DNA from: Candidatus Nomurabacteria bacterium
GTDB lineage: Bacteria > Patescibacteriota > Minisyncoccia > Phycocordibacterales > UBA918
Assembly: GCA_023898525.1 (NCBI GenBank)
Contig: CP060227.1
Coordinates: 429,634 to 493,633, forward strand
Direction: 5' to 3'
Length of the DNA stretch: 64,000 nt
The translations under genes and the position numbers were made by a program. Each line of letters opens with the position of its first letter. The first letter of the stretch is position 1. The notes beneath the pieces were generated by a model. It saw only the letters and a list, made by a program, of their open reading frames with translations. It was not told where the DNA came from and made no database searches. Shown here piece by piece: positions 1 to 9,128 of the stretch.

Positions 1-118
1 CTGCAGGTAGGCGGCATCTTTACCGCCATTGTATTTTCACCGAGCAGGTCCTCGAGACAGTTTCCCACTCGTTACGCCATTCGTGCACGTCGGAACTTAC
101 CCGACAAGGAAATACGCT

Positions 119-390
119 CTATATCTCCTTCTCCTACAAAATAAATTGTAGACATTTCACTATAGGACTCTATCTTCACCCTTCTGATATTTTGGTATAA
201 CTCCTTAGTTGAATAAGTATTTCATTCAACTAATTTGATATCCCATATCAAATTAGGGTGTGCAACATTTGGTCTCTTGTTGGTTGCATTTGGACAATCT
301 TACATTTCTGTAAGTAAGGTAACTATGGCTAGGCTGCTTAACCTACAATCGTTCTAGTCCGTTTGATGCACGTATTTCTACACGCACCAA
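119..390 (-). other. Intervening sequence 1 in 23S rRNA (~270 nt, no ORF) at the E. coli L1931-equivalent site; candidate small group I intron
   Basis: The conserved 23S sequence CCTAAGGT|AGCGAAATTCCTTGTCGGG is continuous in E. coli. Here CCTTAGAACG ends at 391-400, and cccgacaaggaaatacgctct ends at 120. The ~270 nt between them has no 23S counterpart and contains internal hairpins, for example ccctaatttgatatgggatatcaaattag. Confidence 0.55.
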
Positions 391-1147
391 ACCTTAGAAC
401 GATTATAGTTATCGCTGACATTTACTGGGGCTTATACAGTCCAGCAATACAATCCGAAGATCATATCACCCCCCGTATTTAACCTTCCAGCATAGGTCAG
501 GCGTCACCCTCTATACATGGACTTACGTCTTCGCAGAGAGCTGTGTTTTTGTTAAACAGTCGGCAGGAAATCTTTCGCTGCGGCCCTTACCCCGAAGGGT
601 TTGGGCGGACCTTATCCCTAAGTTACGGTCGCTTTTTTGCCGAGTTCCTTGAGGACCTCTCACTCGTTCGCCTTAGTCTTCTCGACTCTACCACCTGTGT
701 CGGTTTGCGGTACGGAACCACTATGTTTAACCCAAACGAAGTTTTTCTCGGAAGCGTGCTCCTCAAATCGGTTTGACGAATCTCCCCTTCAGACTCACCT
801 TGGAGTATTGCCATGCGGATTTGCCTACATGACCTCCTCAGTGCTCCAGCACCAATCCAATAAGATGCTTTGAGTACAACACTCCGTCCCTCCATAGGAA
901 CATAGCAGTGTGCAGGAATATTAACCTGCTATCCATCGAGTCCCCCTTTCGGGATTCCCTTAGGACCGACTAACCCTTCGCTGATCACCATCGCAAAGGA
1001 AACCTCGGTATTTCGGCGGACGGGGGTCTCACCCGTCTTGCGGTTACTTGTGCCGGCATTCTCACTCCTCCTCGCTCCATCTTGGCTCCCGCCTTGAGTT
1101 CATCGCAGAGAAGGACGCTCTCCTACCACTTGTAGGCTTCATTGAGG

Positions 1148-1425
1148 ATCCGAGGACGAATCCTCGGAAAATTATTTTAACGAAATGTTTTTCTCATACT
1201 TCAAATTTTGAGACAGAATATGGTATTTTTTTGATACTTCTTTCAATACTTCCTTTGCTTTATTAACCGCTTCATCATGTCCAAAAGCTTTTATTGGGGC
1301 CTTTTCACGTTTAATAGAATTCGTAAAGCCTACCATCCTTGAAAAGAAACTATCGTTTATATAAGAATAATATAAAAAATACCCTTCCTCTTCTTTACTC
1401 ATTTTTTCCTCCTGTTATTTTACTT
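1148..1425 (-). other. Intervening sequence 2 in 23S rRNA helix 45 (~278 nt), flanked by a 19-bp perfect inverted repeat, carrying a protein-coding ORF
   Basis: tgtaggcttcattgagg (1131-1147) and cctcaatgaagcctaca (1426-1442) form an extended helix-45 stem. Everything between is absent from E. coli 23S, whose corresponding hairpin is GCAGCGACGCUUAUGCGUUGUUG. Helix 45 is a classical site for RNase III-excised IVS. Confidence 0.65.
1172..1402 (-). CDS. 76-aa protein encoded inside 23S IVS2; N-terminus resembles small GIY-YIG nucleases (YhbQ/UPF0213-like: FLY...G.T......R)
   Basis: The ORF lies fully within the insertion. A strong SD, AGGAGGAAAAAATG, sits upstream (revcomp of 1403-1416). The motif GYFLYYSYINDSFFSRMVGFTNSIKRE parallels the [24 protein letters not shown] of GIY-YIG family members. 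Confidence 0.45.
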   Translation of the reverse strand: MSKEEEGYFLYYSYINDSFFSRMVGFTNSIKREKAPIKAFGHDEAVNKAKEVLKEVSKKYHILSQNLKYEKNISLK

Positions 1426-1526
1426 CCTCAATGAAGCCTACAAATCCGCAGTTTCGGTAATATGCTTGAGCCCCGATCATCTTCGGCGCAAGGACTCTCG
1501 ACCAGTGAGCTGTTACGCTTTCTTTA

Positions 1527-1561
<35 letters not shown>

Positions 1562-2128
1562 TAGAGAATCCTCACCTCCTCACTTTGCACTGAGCATATA
1601 TTTAGGGACCTTAACTGGCGATCTGGGCTGTTTCCCTTTCGACCAATGGAGCTTCTCCCCCATAGTCTAACTGCCGCGCTGTAACCTACTGGTATTCGGA
1701 GTTTGATAAGAAAAGCGAGATTTCTCCCTGTCTTTTCTTTCCAGTGCTCTACCCCCAGAGGGATCACGCGACGCCAACCCTAAAGCTGTTTCGGAGAGAA
1801 CCAGCTATTACGGAATTCGATAAGCTTTTCACTCCTTACCACAAGTCATCCGATGGTTTTGTACGGCCAACCGGTTCGGGCCTCCACGACCTTTTACAGT
1901 CGCTTCACCCTGCTCATGGCAAGCTCATCCCGCTTCGGGTCGTACCCCTGCCCTATATTCGCGCTATTAACGCTCGCTTTCACTGTGCCTACGTGGGATT
2001 ACCACTTAAACAAAGGACAAAGGTACACTCGCCGGCTCATTCTTCAATAGGCACGCCGTCACCCAAGTAAACTTGAGCTCCGACTCCTTGTAGGTGTATG
2101 GTTTCAGATCTATTTCACTCCCCTCTCC

Positions 2129-2174
<46 letters not shown>

Positions 2175-3473
2175 TTCAAGAATATTTAGCCTTACCAGTT
2201 AGTACTGGTGGATTCACCCGAGCTATTCATGTCTCGGGCTACTCAGGAACAAAAACCAAAGAGATGTATATATTTCGAATACAGGACTATTACCTTCTAG
2301 GGTCGTACTTTCCAGTACATTTTCCTATATATACATTTTGTAACTCTTCGCAACTAAATGCCGTTTTTGCCCTACAACCCCATACATATAAATACGTATG
2401 GTTTGGGCTCTTCCCGTTTCGCTCGCCGCTACTAAGAGAATCGCAAGAACCTTCTTCCTAAACGTAATGGCGCTCTCGCACCACAGTTCAGGAATTTCTC
2501 CCTGAACTGGATGCTAAAGCATCCGTTCAGAAAGAAAGTTCCACTATTGCTTTCTATTCCTACAGGTACTGAGATGTTTCACTTCCCTGCGTACGCCTCC
2601 TCATACAAGGATCACTGCCGATGACAGCGGGGTTTCCCCATTCAGACATTTCCGGGTCAAAGGTTGATTGGCACCTCACCGAAACTTATCGCAGCCATTC
2701 CACGTCTTTCTTCGCTTCTTGAAGCCTAGGCATCCACCATACACCCTTACATTCCTGTAAGGAACGCTATACACCGTTTGGCTTTACGTTCGCTTACCTT
2801 CATGCTGTGCACCGCTGCACAATTTTTGAGTGTGTGTCTCTGCTTGAAAAAATACAGTAATTCAAACAGAGACGTGTCTCATCTAAAAGATGAGACGTTG
2901 TGTTTGATTTGTCGTGGACGAAAAGACCCTGTCCGAAGACATAAAATCTTTACACGACAAATCGGTTTACCTACAGTGTGAAAATCACGAAGTGATTTTC
3001 ACACTATTGCCACGCGCGCGTCGAACACGCGTGGACTTTTCGGAACAGACCTTATCAATCTGTTCCTTTTAGAATATGCGATTGCGTGGTCTTTGCCACA
3101 CAACCCCCAATCACTTGATCAGGCGACAGAAAGTATGAACATGAATCATATTCGCACTTTCTGTCGCTCGACTTCAGTTCTTGAGAATTGTCAACGATCG
3201 CGTACCTCCGTAAGTTTAGTTTAAAAAAACCGCGTGACCGCGGGAAAGACGTAAAAACGAATTTCGCGCGATTAGCTATTTCTTGTTCCTAAACTCATAA
3301 ATACGTGAGCGCCATTGTATACGAATCAAAAATAAAGTCAAGCGTTTATTGTGGTTAAAAGTAGCCTACTTATGTACTTTTTATTCACAGTTTTATGCAC
3401 AATAAAAAATACCTTTGCGGTAGACCCTTTTTCAGCCACACAAACAAAATACAGCGCTTTTATTATTAGTAAA

Positions 3474-3509
3474 TAAAAAACCGCCGGTGTTAAATCCGGC
3501 GGTTTTTTA
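3474..3509. terminator. Rho-independent terminator hairpin (aaaaaaccgccgg...ccggcggtttttt), bidirectional
   Basis: Perfect GC stem flanked by A-run and T-run, immediately 3' of CDS 3524..4195 (minus). Confidence 0.7.
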
Positions 3510-3523
3510 AGAAAGTGTAACTA

Positions 3524-4195
3524 CTACCGTTTTGTAATAGAATCAATCACCCTACTAGCCGCCTCTTTTCCACCAAGACCAAAGGCCAAACCAAGAGCCA
3601 ATGAGATAGCGAAGACAATACCGGTAAATAGAGGTTGGATAAGCTCTGAGGCAATGTTTAGCTGATTTAGAGCTGCTAGTACCGCCATGGTTATGATGGC
3701 AACATAAGCAATCTTACCAAACAAATCCGGACGACTCATACCTGCGCTCTCAGTCGAAGCAACGATAGCTTTCTTAGCTATACGACCCACAACCGCTGCC
3801 ACCATCAAGATAAGAACAGCCACAATTACCCGTGGCAAATAGTCTACCACCACCTCACGCAAGAAAGTAGTAACTTCATCTAGCCTCAATATATCTAACG
3901 CCACAATAAAGAAGACTAGGAGAACAAACCACTTAACTAAAACAGCGATAAAAGCTCCCGCTCCTTCTTCAAAACCCATTCGTTTCGTGACTTCACTGAC
4001 ACCGGCAGCATCAAGCGCGGTATCAATACCAGTACGACTAAACAATTTCTCTACCACCTTCTTTATACCAGAAGCCACCATAACACCGACCGCGATGACT
4101 ATTATAGCCACCACAATGGTCGGTAGAAACTGAATCAGACTAGCCCACATATCCATAAAGGCTGATTGCAGTGAAGAAAAAATACTGTACTCCAT
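3524..4195 (-). CDS. Membrane protein with two TM-helix repeats (CmpX/MscS N-terminal-like)
   Basis: 223-aa ORF with repeated hydrophobic segments of similar pattern (LPTIVVAIIVIAVGVMVASGIKK / LPRVIVAVLILMVAAVVGRIAKK). Confidence 0.5.
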   Translation of the reverse strand: MEYSIFSSLQSAFMDMWASLIQFLPTIVVAIIVIAVGVMVASGIKKVVEKLFSRTGIDTALDAAGVSEVTKRMGFEEGAGAFIAVLVKWFVLLVFFIVALDILRLDEVTTFLREVVVDYLPRVIVAVLILMVAAVVGRIAKKAIVASTESAGMSRPDLFGKIAYVAIITMAVLAALNQLNIASELIQPLFTGIVFAISLALGLAFGLGGKEAASRVIDSITKR

Positions 4196-4264
4196 AAATG
4201 TAAGAATTAAATTATTAACAATTTAATTATACCATGAAAATGCAGTGTAAATAGGCAAATTGCC

Positions 4265-4304
4265 GATCAAAAGAGCCGCGTCCGAAGGACGCGGCTCTTT
4301 TGAT
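4265..4304. terminator. 19-bp perfect hairpin terminator (gatcaaaagagccgcgtcc gaa ggacgcggctcttttgatc)
   Basis: Perfect palindrome directly 3' of CDS 4305..4940 (minus). Confidence 0.6.
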
Positions 4305-4940
4305 CTACCCCCGATACGATCCGACATGCAACTCATCACGTACACCAATCCTATCTACCAGTATCTGATGCTTATAATCAAAAATGTCACGAGTTAATTT
4401 GTCATACATCCCTACTCGATACAAAAGGTCTTCTGATGTCATTGCAGCAAATCTTATCTCGATACCAATCTCTGCTTCAAGTGAACGGATAGCGCTTTCT
4501 ACTTTAGACTGAGACAGCTTTTTCATAGCGAGCAGAACATCCAATCGTTGCTCAAACTCCCGTACAAAAACCCCCGCCACCACCACAAAGTCCACCGGAC
4601 CAGCTTTACGCAAGTGCCGCAAAAGATTCTTTCCGTCTATCGGTGCTGTTTCAAATAAGAAAGTCTGAAGGGCTTGTAGTTCTGGGAATTTTTTATTTAG
4701 AGCGTAGCTTAAGACCTTTGTTTTTTTCGTTTTGCCCGGCAAAAGCGTCTGCGACATGCGAGAAGTTATGACTCCTGCTTTTTCTAAGGCCGAAATCTCA
4801 GTGCGCGCCGTTCGACGCACTAAACGCGCCCGCCGACACATATCATCAAAAGTAAATTCCTTAGACGGATTAAATAGAAAAAAACGTAGGAGTTTTACGC
4901 GAGCCGTACTACCAAACAGAATAGAAAGTGGGTCTGACAT
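4305..4940 (-). CDS. Hypothetical protein with N-terminal winged-HTH-like region
   Basis: 211-aa ORF with the N-terminal pattern ARVKLLRFFLFNP...ISALEKAGVITSR. No confident family assignment. Confidence 0.45.
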   Translation of the reverse strand: MSDPLSILFGSTARVKLLRFFLFNPSKEFTFDDMCRRARLVRRTARTEISALEKAGVITSRMSQTLLPGKTKKTKVLSYALNKKFPELQALQTFLFETAPIDGKNLLRHLRKAGPVDFVVVAGVFVREFEQRLDVLLAMKKLSQSKVESAIRSLEAEIGIEIRFAAMTSEDLLYRVGMYDKLTRDIFDYKHQILVDRIGVRDELHVGSYRG

Positions 4941-5015
4941 ATAGTGAAGTGGCGTGATTATAGCATAAATAACCTATAGTGAATCTGGACAAAAATGCGG
5001 GTGTGTTTCTAAGAA

Positions 5016-5046
5016 AATCAGCCATTAAAGCGCGCGCCTTCGGCGC
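5016..5046. terminator. Hairpin terminator (ttaaagcgcgcgcc ttcg gcgcgcgctttaa)
   Basis: 14-bp GC stem with TTCG loop, 3' of CDS 5061..6260 (minus). Confidence 0.6.
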
Positions 5047-5060
5047 GCGCTTTAATGCTT

Positions 5061-6260
5061 TTATAGAATATCCAACTGATTTAATATATCAATATGATCT
5101 TGATTAGTAGGATCATATTTACCAACCAAAAATCTTTCAACCTCTGGATCAGGACTCTCTATCAGATCTTTAACTCCCAAATAACCTGAAAAATAAATCA
5201 AATCACGAGTAAATGCCTCACCGGCACTTTGCCCAGTAGTCCCCCTGAAAGTTCTCATGCAACGTTTCCACGATTCATCTAGTATACGCTCTTTAGAAAC
5301 ACCTAGCATTTCATAATATTCTTTGGACAGATTAAATATCTGCCTGAAGTTAAACTTTTGCTTAGGATAAAGACCCATAATTAAACAGGTGTTAAAATAA
5401 TTTATAGTCCCCGGCATACTTTTATCTATGAATGACTGTCTGTAGGTAGCCAACCCCTCCTCTCCTTTTAAGTACTGACCCAACCCAACCGATAACAACA
5501 AAAGTGGGCTTTTAAGACCATTATAGTGTCTTGCTAAATGGACATTAATCTCATGCTCTACCAAAGCCCCAGCTTCTGTCTTTGTCACCTTCCTTGTTTC
5601 CGGTATCAACACAGACTTTCTACCGTAACTTAAGGTTATAACCAAAACAGTCGAATCAACCTGCACCTGCCACGGTATATTTTTTTCGACTAAAGCTTTT
5701 TTAAAAAACTCAACCAACTCATCAATTGTTAAATAATTTTGAACATCACTTGGTTTATATTCTATGTCAGAACCATCAGCCTCTACCTCAAAATAATCAG
5801 CTAAGTCGTTCCACTTTTCACTTAAAGCAAAGTTATGCCTTTCTGCCACATAAAGAGTAGCTGCTAAAGCCCGTCGCATGATTTCCTCGTCAGGAGCGCC
5901 GTAGATCTGTTTTGAAGCCTCTGTCACCGTTTTGTCCCCCTGCCTGACAATCGCCTCTAGCAAAGATACCTTATGTAGCTGACTCTCAATTTTTAGAGCA
6001 TAGGCTTTTTTAACCGCCAGGTGAGCAGAATTATCACTACTTACTATTTCTTGTAGTTCTAGCAGCTTGGTTTTATGATGTGATACTGCCTGTATATCAA
6101 CATTATATTTGAGAGTTGGCTCGTCGATAAGTCCGGCCAAAAATAACTCCTTTTGTCTAGCCATCTTAGCCTGATCAAACTTGATGTAGTCGATATCGTC
6201 AAAGGCACAGCCGTCTTTGTATATCTCAAACCAGTCTTTATCTAAAGCTTCCCTTTGCAT
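5061..6260 (-). CDS. DUF1704-like protein (QEGLA-motif family; HEINVH motif)
   Basis: 399-aa ORF containing ALVEHEINVHLARH and KGEEGLATY, reminiscent of the flavohemoglobin-expression-modulating QEGLA family. Confidence 0.5.
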   Translation of the reverse strand: MQREALDKDWFEIYKDGCAFDDIDYIKFDQAKMARQKELFLAGLIDEPTLKYNVDIQAVSHHKTKLLELQEIVSSDNSAHLAVKKAYALKIESQLHKVSLLEAIVRQGDKTVTEASKQIYGAPDEEIMRRALAATLYVAERHNFALSEKWNDLADYFEVEADGSDIEYKPSDVQNYLTIDELVEFFKKALVEKNIPWQVQVDSTVLVITLSYGRKSVLIPETRKVTKTEAGALVEHEINVHLARHYNGLKSPLLLLSVGLGQYLKGEEGLATYRQSFIDKSMPGTINYFNTCLIMGLYPKQKFNFRQIFNLSKEYYEMLGVSKERILDESWKRCMRTFRGTTGQSAGEAFTRDLIYFSGYLGVKDLIESPDPEVERFLVGKYDPTNQDHIDILNQLDIL

Positions 6261-6429
6261 ACGGTGATTGTATCACTTTTTTAATAACCCCATATTATCC
6301 TCATTTTCATTTTTTCTTTACATTTTTCGAAAACATGTTTTAATCTATCCAGGTTTTTTGATTAACTGTTTTTTATAGTTCGGAGGAACTTGAAAATGGA
6401 AGAAACATCCAAAAATTGGTATGAAAATG

Positions 6430-6985
6430 AACTACCCCGATGACAAGCATACGGGGTATCGGCGTTGGACTAGGTAGTAAACAGTGAAGTCTGAACCGGT
6501 GCGGAGTGTAGCTGTTGGTATTCGGGATAACCTTGGTTTTTAACGTAATTGGTAATAATATCCATACTGGCATTACCCACTGTATTTGCATAATAACCTT
6601 CAGTCCAGAACTTTCCTCCCCAGAGTTTTATTTTTAGTTCAGGGTGGATTTTAAAGAGATGATTGGAGGTGATGCTTTTTATTTTCTTTACCGTATCAGA
6701 GAAACGTATGTTTGGAATTGTTTGTATTAAAAAGTGTACATGATCTTCGTCTATTCCTATTTCAAGAAAGTATATCTCGTAAGCTGGACCAAATTCCAAA
6801 CATAAGTTTTTAAATGTTTTTGATATTGGTGGTGTAAATACATCTCTTCTGTATTTTACTGGGCATACCAGATGATAGATGAACAGAGTTTTGTTGTGTG
6901 GTTTTTTGATATGTTGTGGTTTACCTTTCATTACTGTTTAGTATGACAGTGTTTCCCCCGATGACAAGCATGCGGGGTAAAGATG
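6430..6985 (-). mobile_element. Minimal IS200/IS605-family insertion sequence (tnpA only) with matching subterminal hairpins
   Basis: Near-identical hairpin motifs ccccgatgacaagcatacgggg (6435-6456) and cccccgatgacaagcatgcgggg (6955-6977) flank a Y1 transposase gene. Confidence 0.7.
6470..6931 (-). CDS. tnpA: IS200-like Y1 (HuH) transposase TnpA
   Basis: 153 aa with LFIYHLVCPVKYRR..., an HxH motif (DHVHFLIQ) and a C-terminal GYYAN tyrosine region, typical of IS200 TnpA. Confidence 0.8.
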   Translation of the reverse strand: MKGKPQHIKKPHNKTLFIYHLVCPVKYRRDVFTPPISKTFKNLCLEFGPAYEIYFLEIGIDEDHVHFLIQTIPNIRFSDTVKKIKSITSNHLFKIHPELKIKLWGGKFWTEGYYANTVGNASMDIITNYVKNQGYPEYQQLHSAPVQTSLFTT

Positions 6986-6998
6986 GAATTTAAAAGTA

Positions 6999-7355
6999 TT
7001 GTTGATACAAACTATTCCTATCATGACTCGTCATACAACAGGAGGATTGGTATCTCTTGGCGTTAACATAGCCAATATTACTAGCGTAGACAATATAAAA
7101 AACGCTTTGGCTTTCATGCGAGAAAATCGGTGCGACCTGATAATTGTTGATACTAAAATTGTTGAGGATTTAAGCAACAACAGGATTTCAGACATCAGCT
7201 CTTCAGGTCAAAAAATTATTCTGATAATCGGCAATTACGATAAAAATAATCTGGCCAATGCAAAAAACAACGGTGTTTCTAAGTGCATTGTAAAACCATT
7301 CCAACCAGTAACACTGGGAGAAGTAATCGATAGTGTGTTTAACAAGACCACTTAA
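6999..7355 (+). CDS. Stand-alone CheY-like receiver-domain protein (atypical N-terminus; start possibly at 7023)
   Basis: DLIIVDTKI and a conserved KPF near the C-terminus suggest a REC fold, but the N-terminal acidic pocket residues are not evident. Confidence 0.45.
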   Translation: MLIQTIPIMTRHTTGGLVSLGVNIANITSVDNIKNALAFMRENRCDLIIVDTKIVEDLSNNRISDISSSGQKIILIIGNYDKNNLANAKNNGVSKCIVKPFQPVTLGEVIDSVFNKTT

Positions 7356-7363
7356 TAGACACA

Positions 7364-7426
7364 AAAAGCGCAGGATATGTGATGCCTGCGCTTTTTTTCA
7401 AAAAACCCCCCTTACGGGGTGTTTTT
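7364..7426. terminator. Two back-to-back hairpin terminators (agcgcagg...cctgcgcttttttt; aaaacccccc ttac ggggtgtttttt)
   Basis: GC stems with flanking T/A runs between a convergent gene pair (7355 + / 7450 -). Confidence 0.7.
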
Positions 7427-7449
7427 TGTCCTTATTTAGTCTAAGAAAC

Positions 7450-7968
7450 TTATTTCAAAGTCACTTTTGCGCCAGCCTCTTCAAGCTTAGCTTTCAAAGC
7501 TTCAGCGTCTTCCTTCTTCATTCCTTCCTTTACTACTGCTGGAGCGCCGTCTACCATCTCCTTAGCCTCTTTTAGACCAAGAGCTAGTACTTCCTTAACT
7601 GCCTTAATAACAGCAATCTTCTGTGCACCAGCATCAGTTAGCTCAACAGTGAACTCTGACTGTTCTTCAGCACCACCAGCTGCACCACCAGCTCCCGGAG
7701 CCGCTACCGCTACTGCAGCAGCTGATACACCAAAGCGCTTCTCTAACACCTTAACAAGCTCGTTAAGCTCTAGTACGCTCATTTTTTCTACCTTTTCAAC
7801 CAAGTCCTTGAACTCAGCCGGTACTTCAACTGATTCATCTACACCACTGTCAGTAGCTGTATCAGCTGCCGGAGTAGCTTCTTCTTTAGTTTCCTCAACT
7901 GGAGCAGCTTCTGCTGGAGTAGTAGTTTCTTCTACTGCCACGTCGTCTTTCTTTGTTTCTTCTGACAT
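7450..7968 (-). CDS. rplL: Ribosomal protein L7/L12; long ORF includes a 62-aa acidic N-terminal extension, alternative start at 7782
   Basis: C-terminal 110 aa ([19 protein letters not shown]...AGAKVTLK) is canonical bL12. The upstream in-frame 62 aa are E/T/A/P-rich low complexity. Confidence 0.85.
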   Translation of the reverse strand: MSEETKKDDVAVEETTTPAEAAPVEETKEEATPAADTATDSGVDESVEVPAEFKDLVEKVEKMSVLELNELVKVLEKRFGVSAAAVAVAAPGAGGAAGGAEEQSEFTVELTDAGAQKIAVIKAVKEVLALGLKEAKEMVDGAPAVVKEGMKKEDAEALKAKLEEAGAKVTLK

Positions 7969-8179
7969 ATTGTATTTAGTTACTTTACTGATTGATGTGT
8001 TCCAGGAATTTGCTCTAGGAAATGAGCAAATTCGGAACTAAATTCAGAATAGTCGCTTACGCTCCTTTCTTTATTTATTTTCATCACTCATATTAAATTC
8101 TATTAGTTTTGAATATTTAGTAATTTTAAATAAAAAATAATTAATTTCACTTTATATACTTTGTTAAATTAATTATTTC

Positions 8180-8665
8180 TTATGTTTTCTTCTCCGCAAT
8201 AGCGTTTAAAGATATAACCAAACCTTGAATTGGAGAGTTGATTACATTAACAAACATACCACGTAGTACTTGGAGAGGTGGGATTGAAGCAATTTCAATC
8301 ATCTCATCCTGGCTCTTATAAACTCCTTGGAATACTCCACCAACGATAGAGATATTCTTCTTGAATTTATCTGAAAAGTCTTTGATATTTTGGGCTGGCG
8401 CAATCGCATCAGTACTGTATGCTACCGCAATTTCTCCCTCAAGAGTCGGCATTTCACCAGTAAAGGTGTCACCGAAAGCTCGCTTCATCAGAGTCTTTTT
8501 GGCTACAAAATAACCAACTCCATTTTCACGCAACTCCTTTCTCATTGCGGTTGTATCTGCAACAGTTAATCCATTGTAGTGGACAAAAACAATTGACTCA
8601 GAATTGTCACGAACCTCCTCTAGTTTGGCCAGAATATCTTGCTTCTTGGCTTTTGAAATGGCCAT
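8180..8665 (-). CDS. rplJ: Ribosomal protein L10
   Basis: 161 aa, typical uL10 pattern, directly upstream of rplL. Confidence 0.9.
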   Translation of the reverse strand: MAISKAKKQDILAKLEEVRDNSESIVFVHYNGLTVADTTAMRKELRENGVGYFVAKKTLMKRAFGDTFTGEMPTLEGEIAVAYSTDAIAPAQNIKDFSDKFKKNISIVGGVFQGVYKSQDEMIEIASIPPLQVLRGMFVNVINSPIQGLVISLNAIAEKKT

Positions 8666-8993
8666 GATTTTCTATAAATAACTACACTAATAATTCTCAG
8701 GCCACGGATATTAAAAAGCTAATATCTATAGGCTTCGACCCCAAACTTTAAAATAGATTGGACCTCGGTCGGCTGATGTTAAGACATCAATTACCGCACT
8801 ACAGTGCGACCAACTGTCATGAGCCTGACGGGGTTCAATATAACAAATATATAAAAATAGTAAAGGTCCGGACTGCCTTGCATACAGCCGGACCCTTGGG
8901 CACCCACTAACCAGGAATGAAAGTGGTACTTTTATCCTATATGAAATGAAAATATAGTCAATACCTCCCCGCTTTAGTACAATAATGAAGTTT

Positions 8994-9067
8994 CGGGGTG
9001 TAGCATAGTGGTAGTGTGCACGCATGGGGTGCGTGTGGCCCGAGTTCGATTCTCGGCATCCCGACCA
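8994..9067 (+). tRNA. tRNA-Pro (anticodon GGG)
   Basis: Manual fold of the 74-nt sequence cggggtgtag...catcccgacca. The acceptor stem is CGGGGTG/CATCCCG with the C1:G72 pair typical of bacterial tRNA-Pro. The anticodon stem is CACGC/GCGTG with loop ATGGGGT. The T-arm is CCGAG TTCGATT CTCGG, followed by discriminator A plus encoded CCA. Confidence 0.8.
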
Positions 9068-9118
9068 CAAATAAGTAAATGAGGTGCGGCCTACGGCCGC
9101 ACCTCATTTACTTATTTG
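9068..9118. terminator. 24-bp perfect hairpin (caaataagtaaatgaggtgcggcc tac ggccgcacctcatttacttatttg)
   Basis: Perfect inverted repeat between tRNA-Pro (+) and the DoxX gene (-); candidate bidirectional terminator. Confidence 0.6.
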
Positions 9119-9128
9119 TGGTCACTCA

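Noticed and set aside
2778-2981. 67-aa ORF in the 23S upstream leader
   Set aside because: No RBS, lies in hairpin-rich rRNA leader; likely spurious.
2770-3520. 16S rRNA or spacer tRNAs upstream of the 23S gene
   Set aside because: No 16S-like or tRNA-like sequence is recognisable; the region is hairpin-rich leader only.
7649-8041. 130-aa plus-strand ORF antisense to rplL
   Set aside because: Low-complexity mirror of the Ala/Glu-rich rplL sequence.
8726-9070. 114-aa minus-strand ORF
   Set aside because: Overlaps tRNA-Pro and the structured rplJ upstream region; no homology, no RBS.
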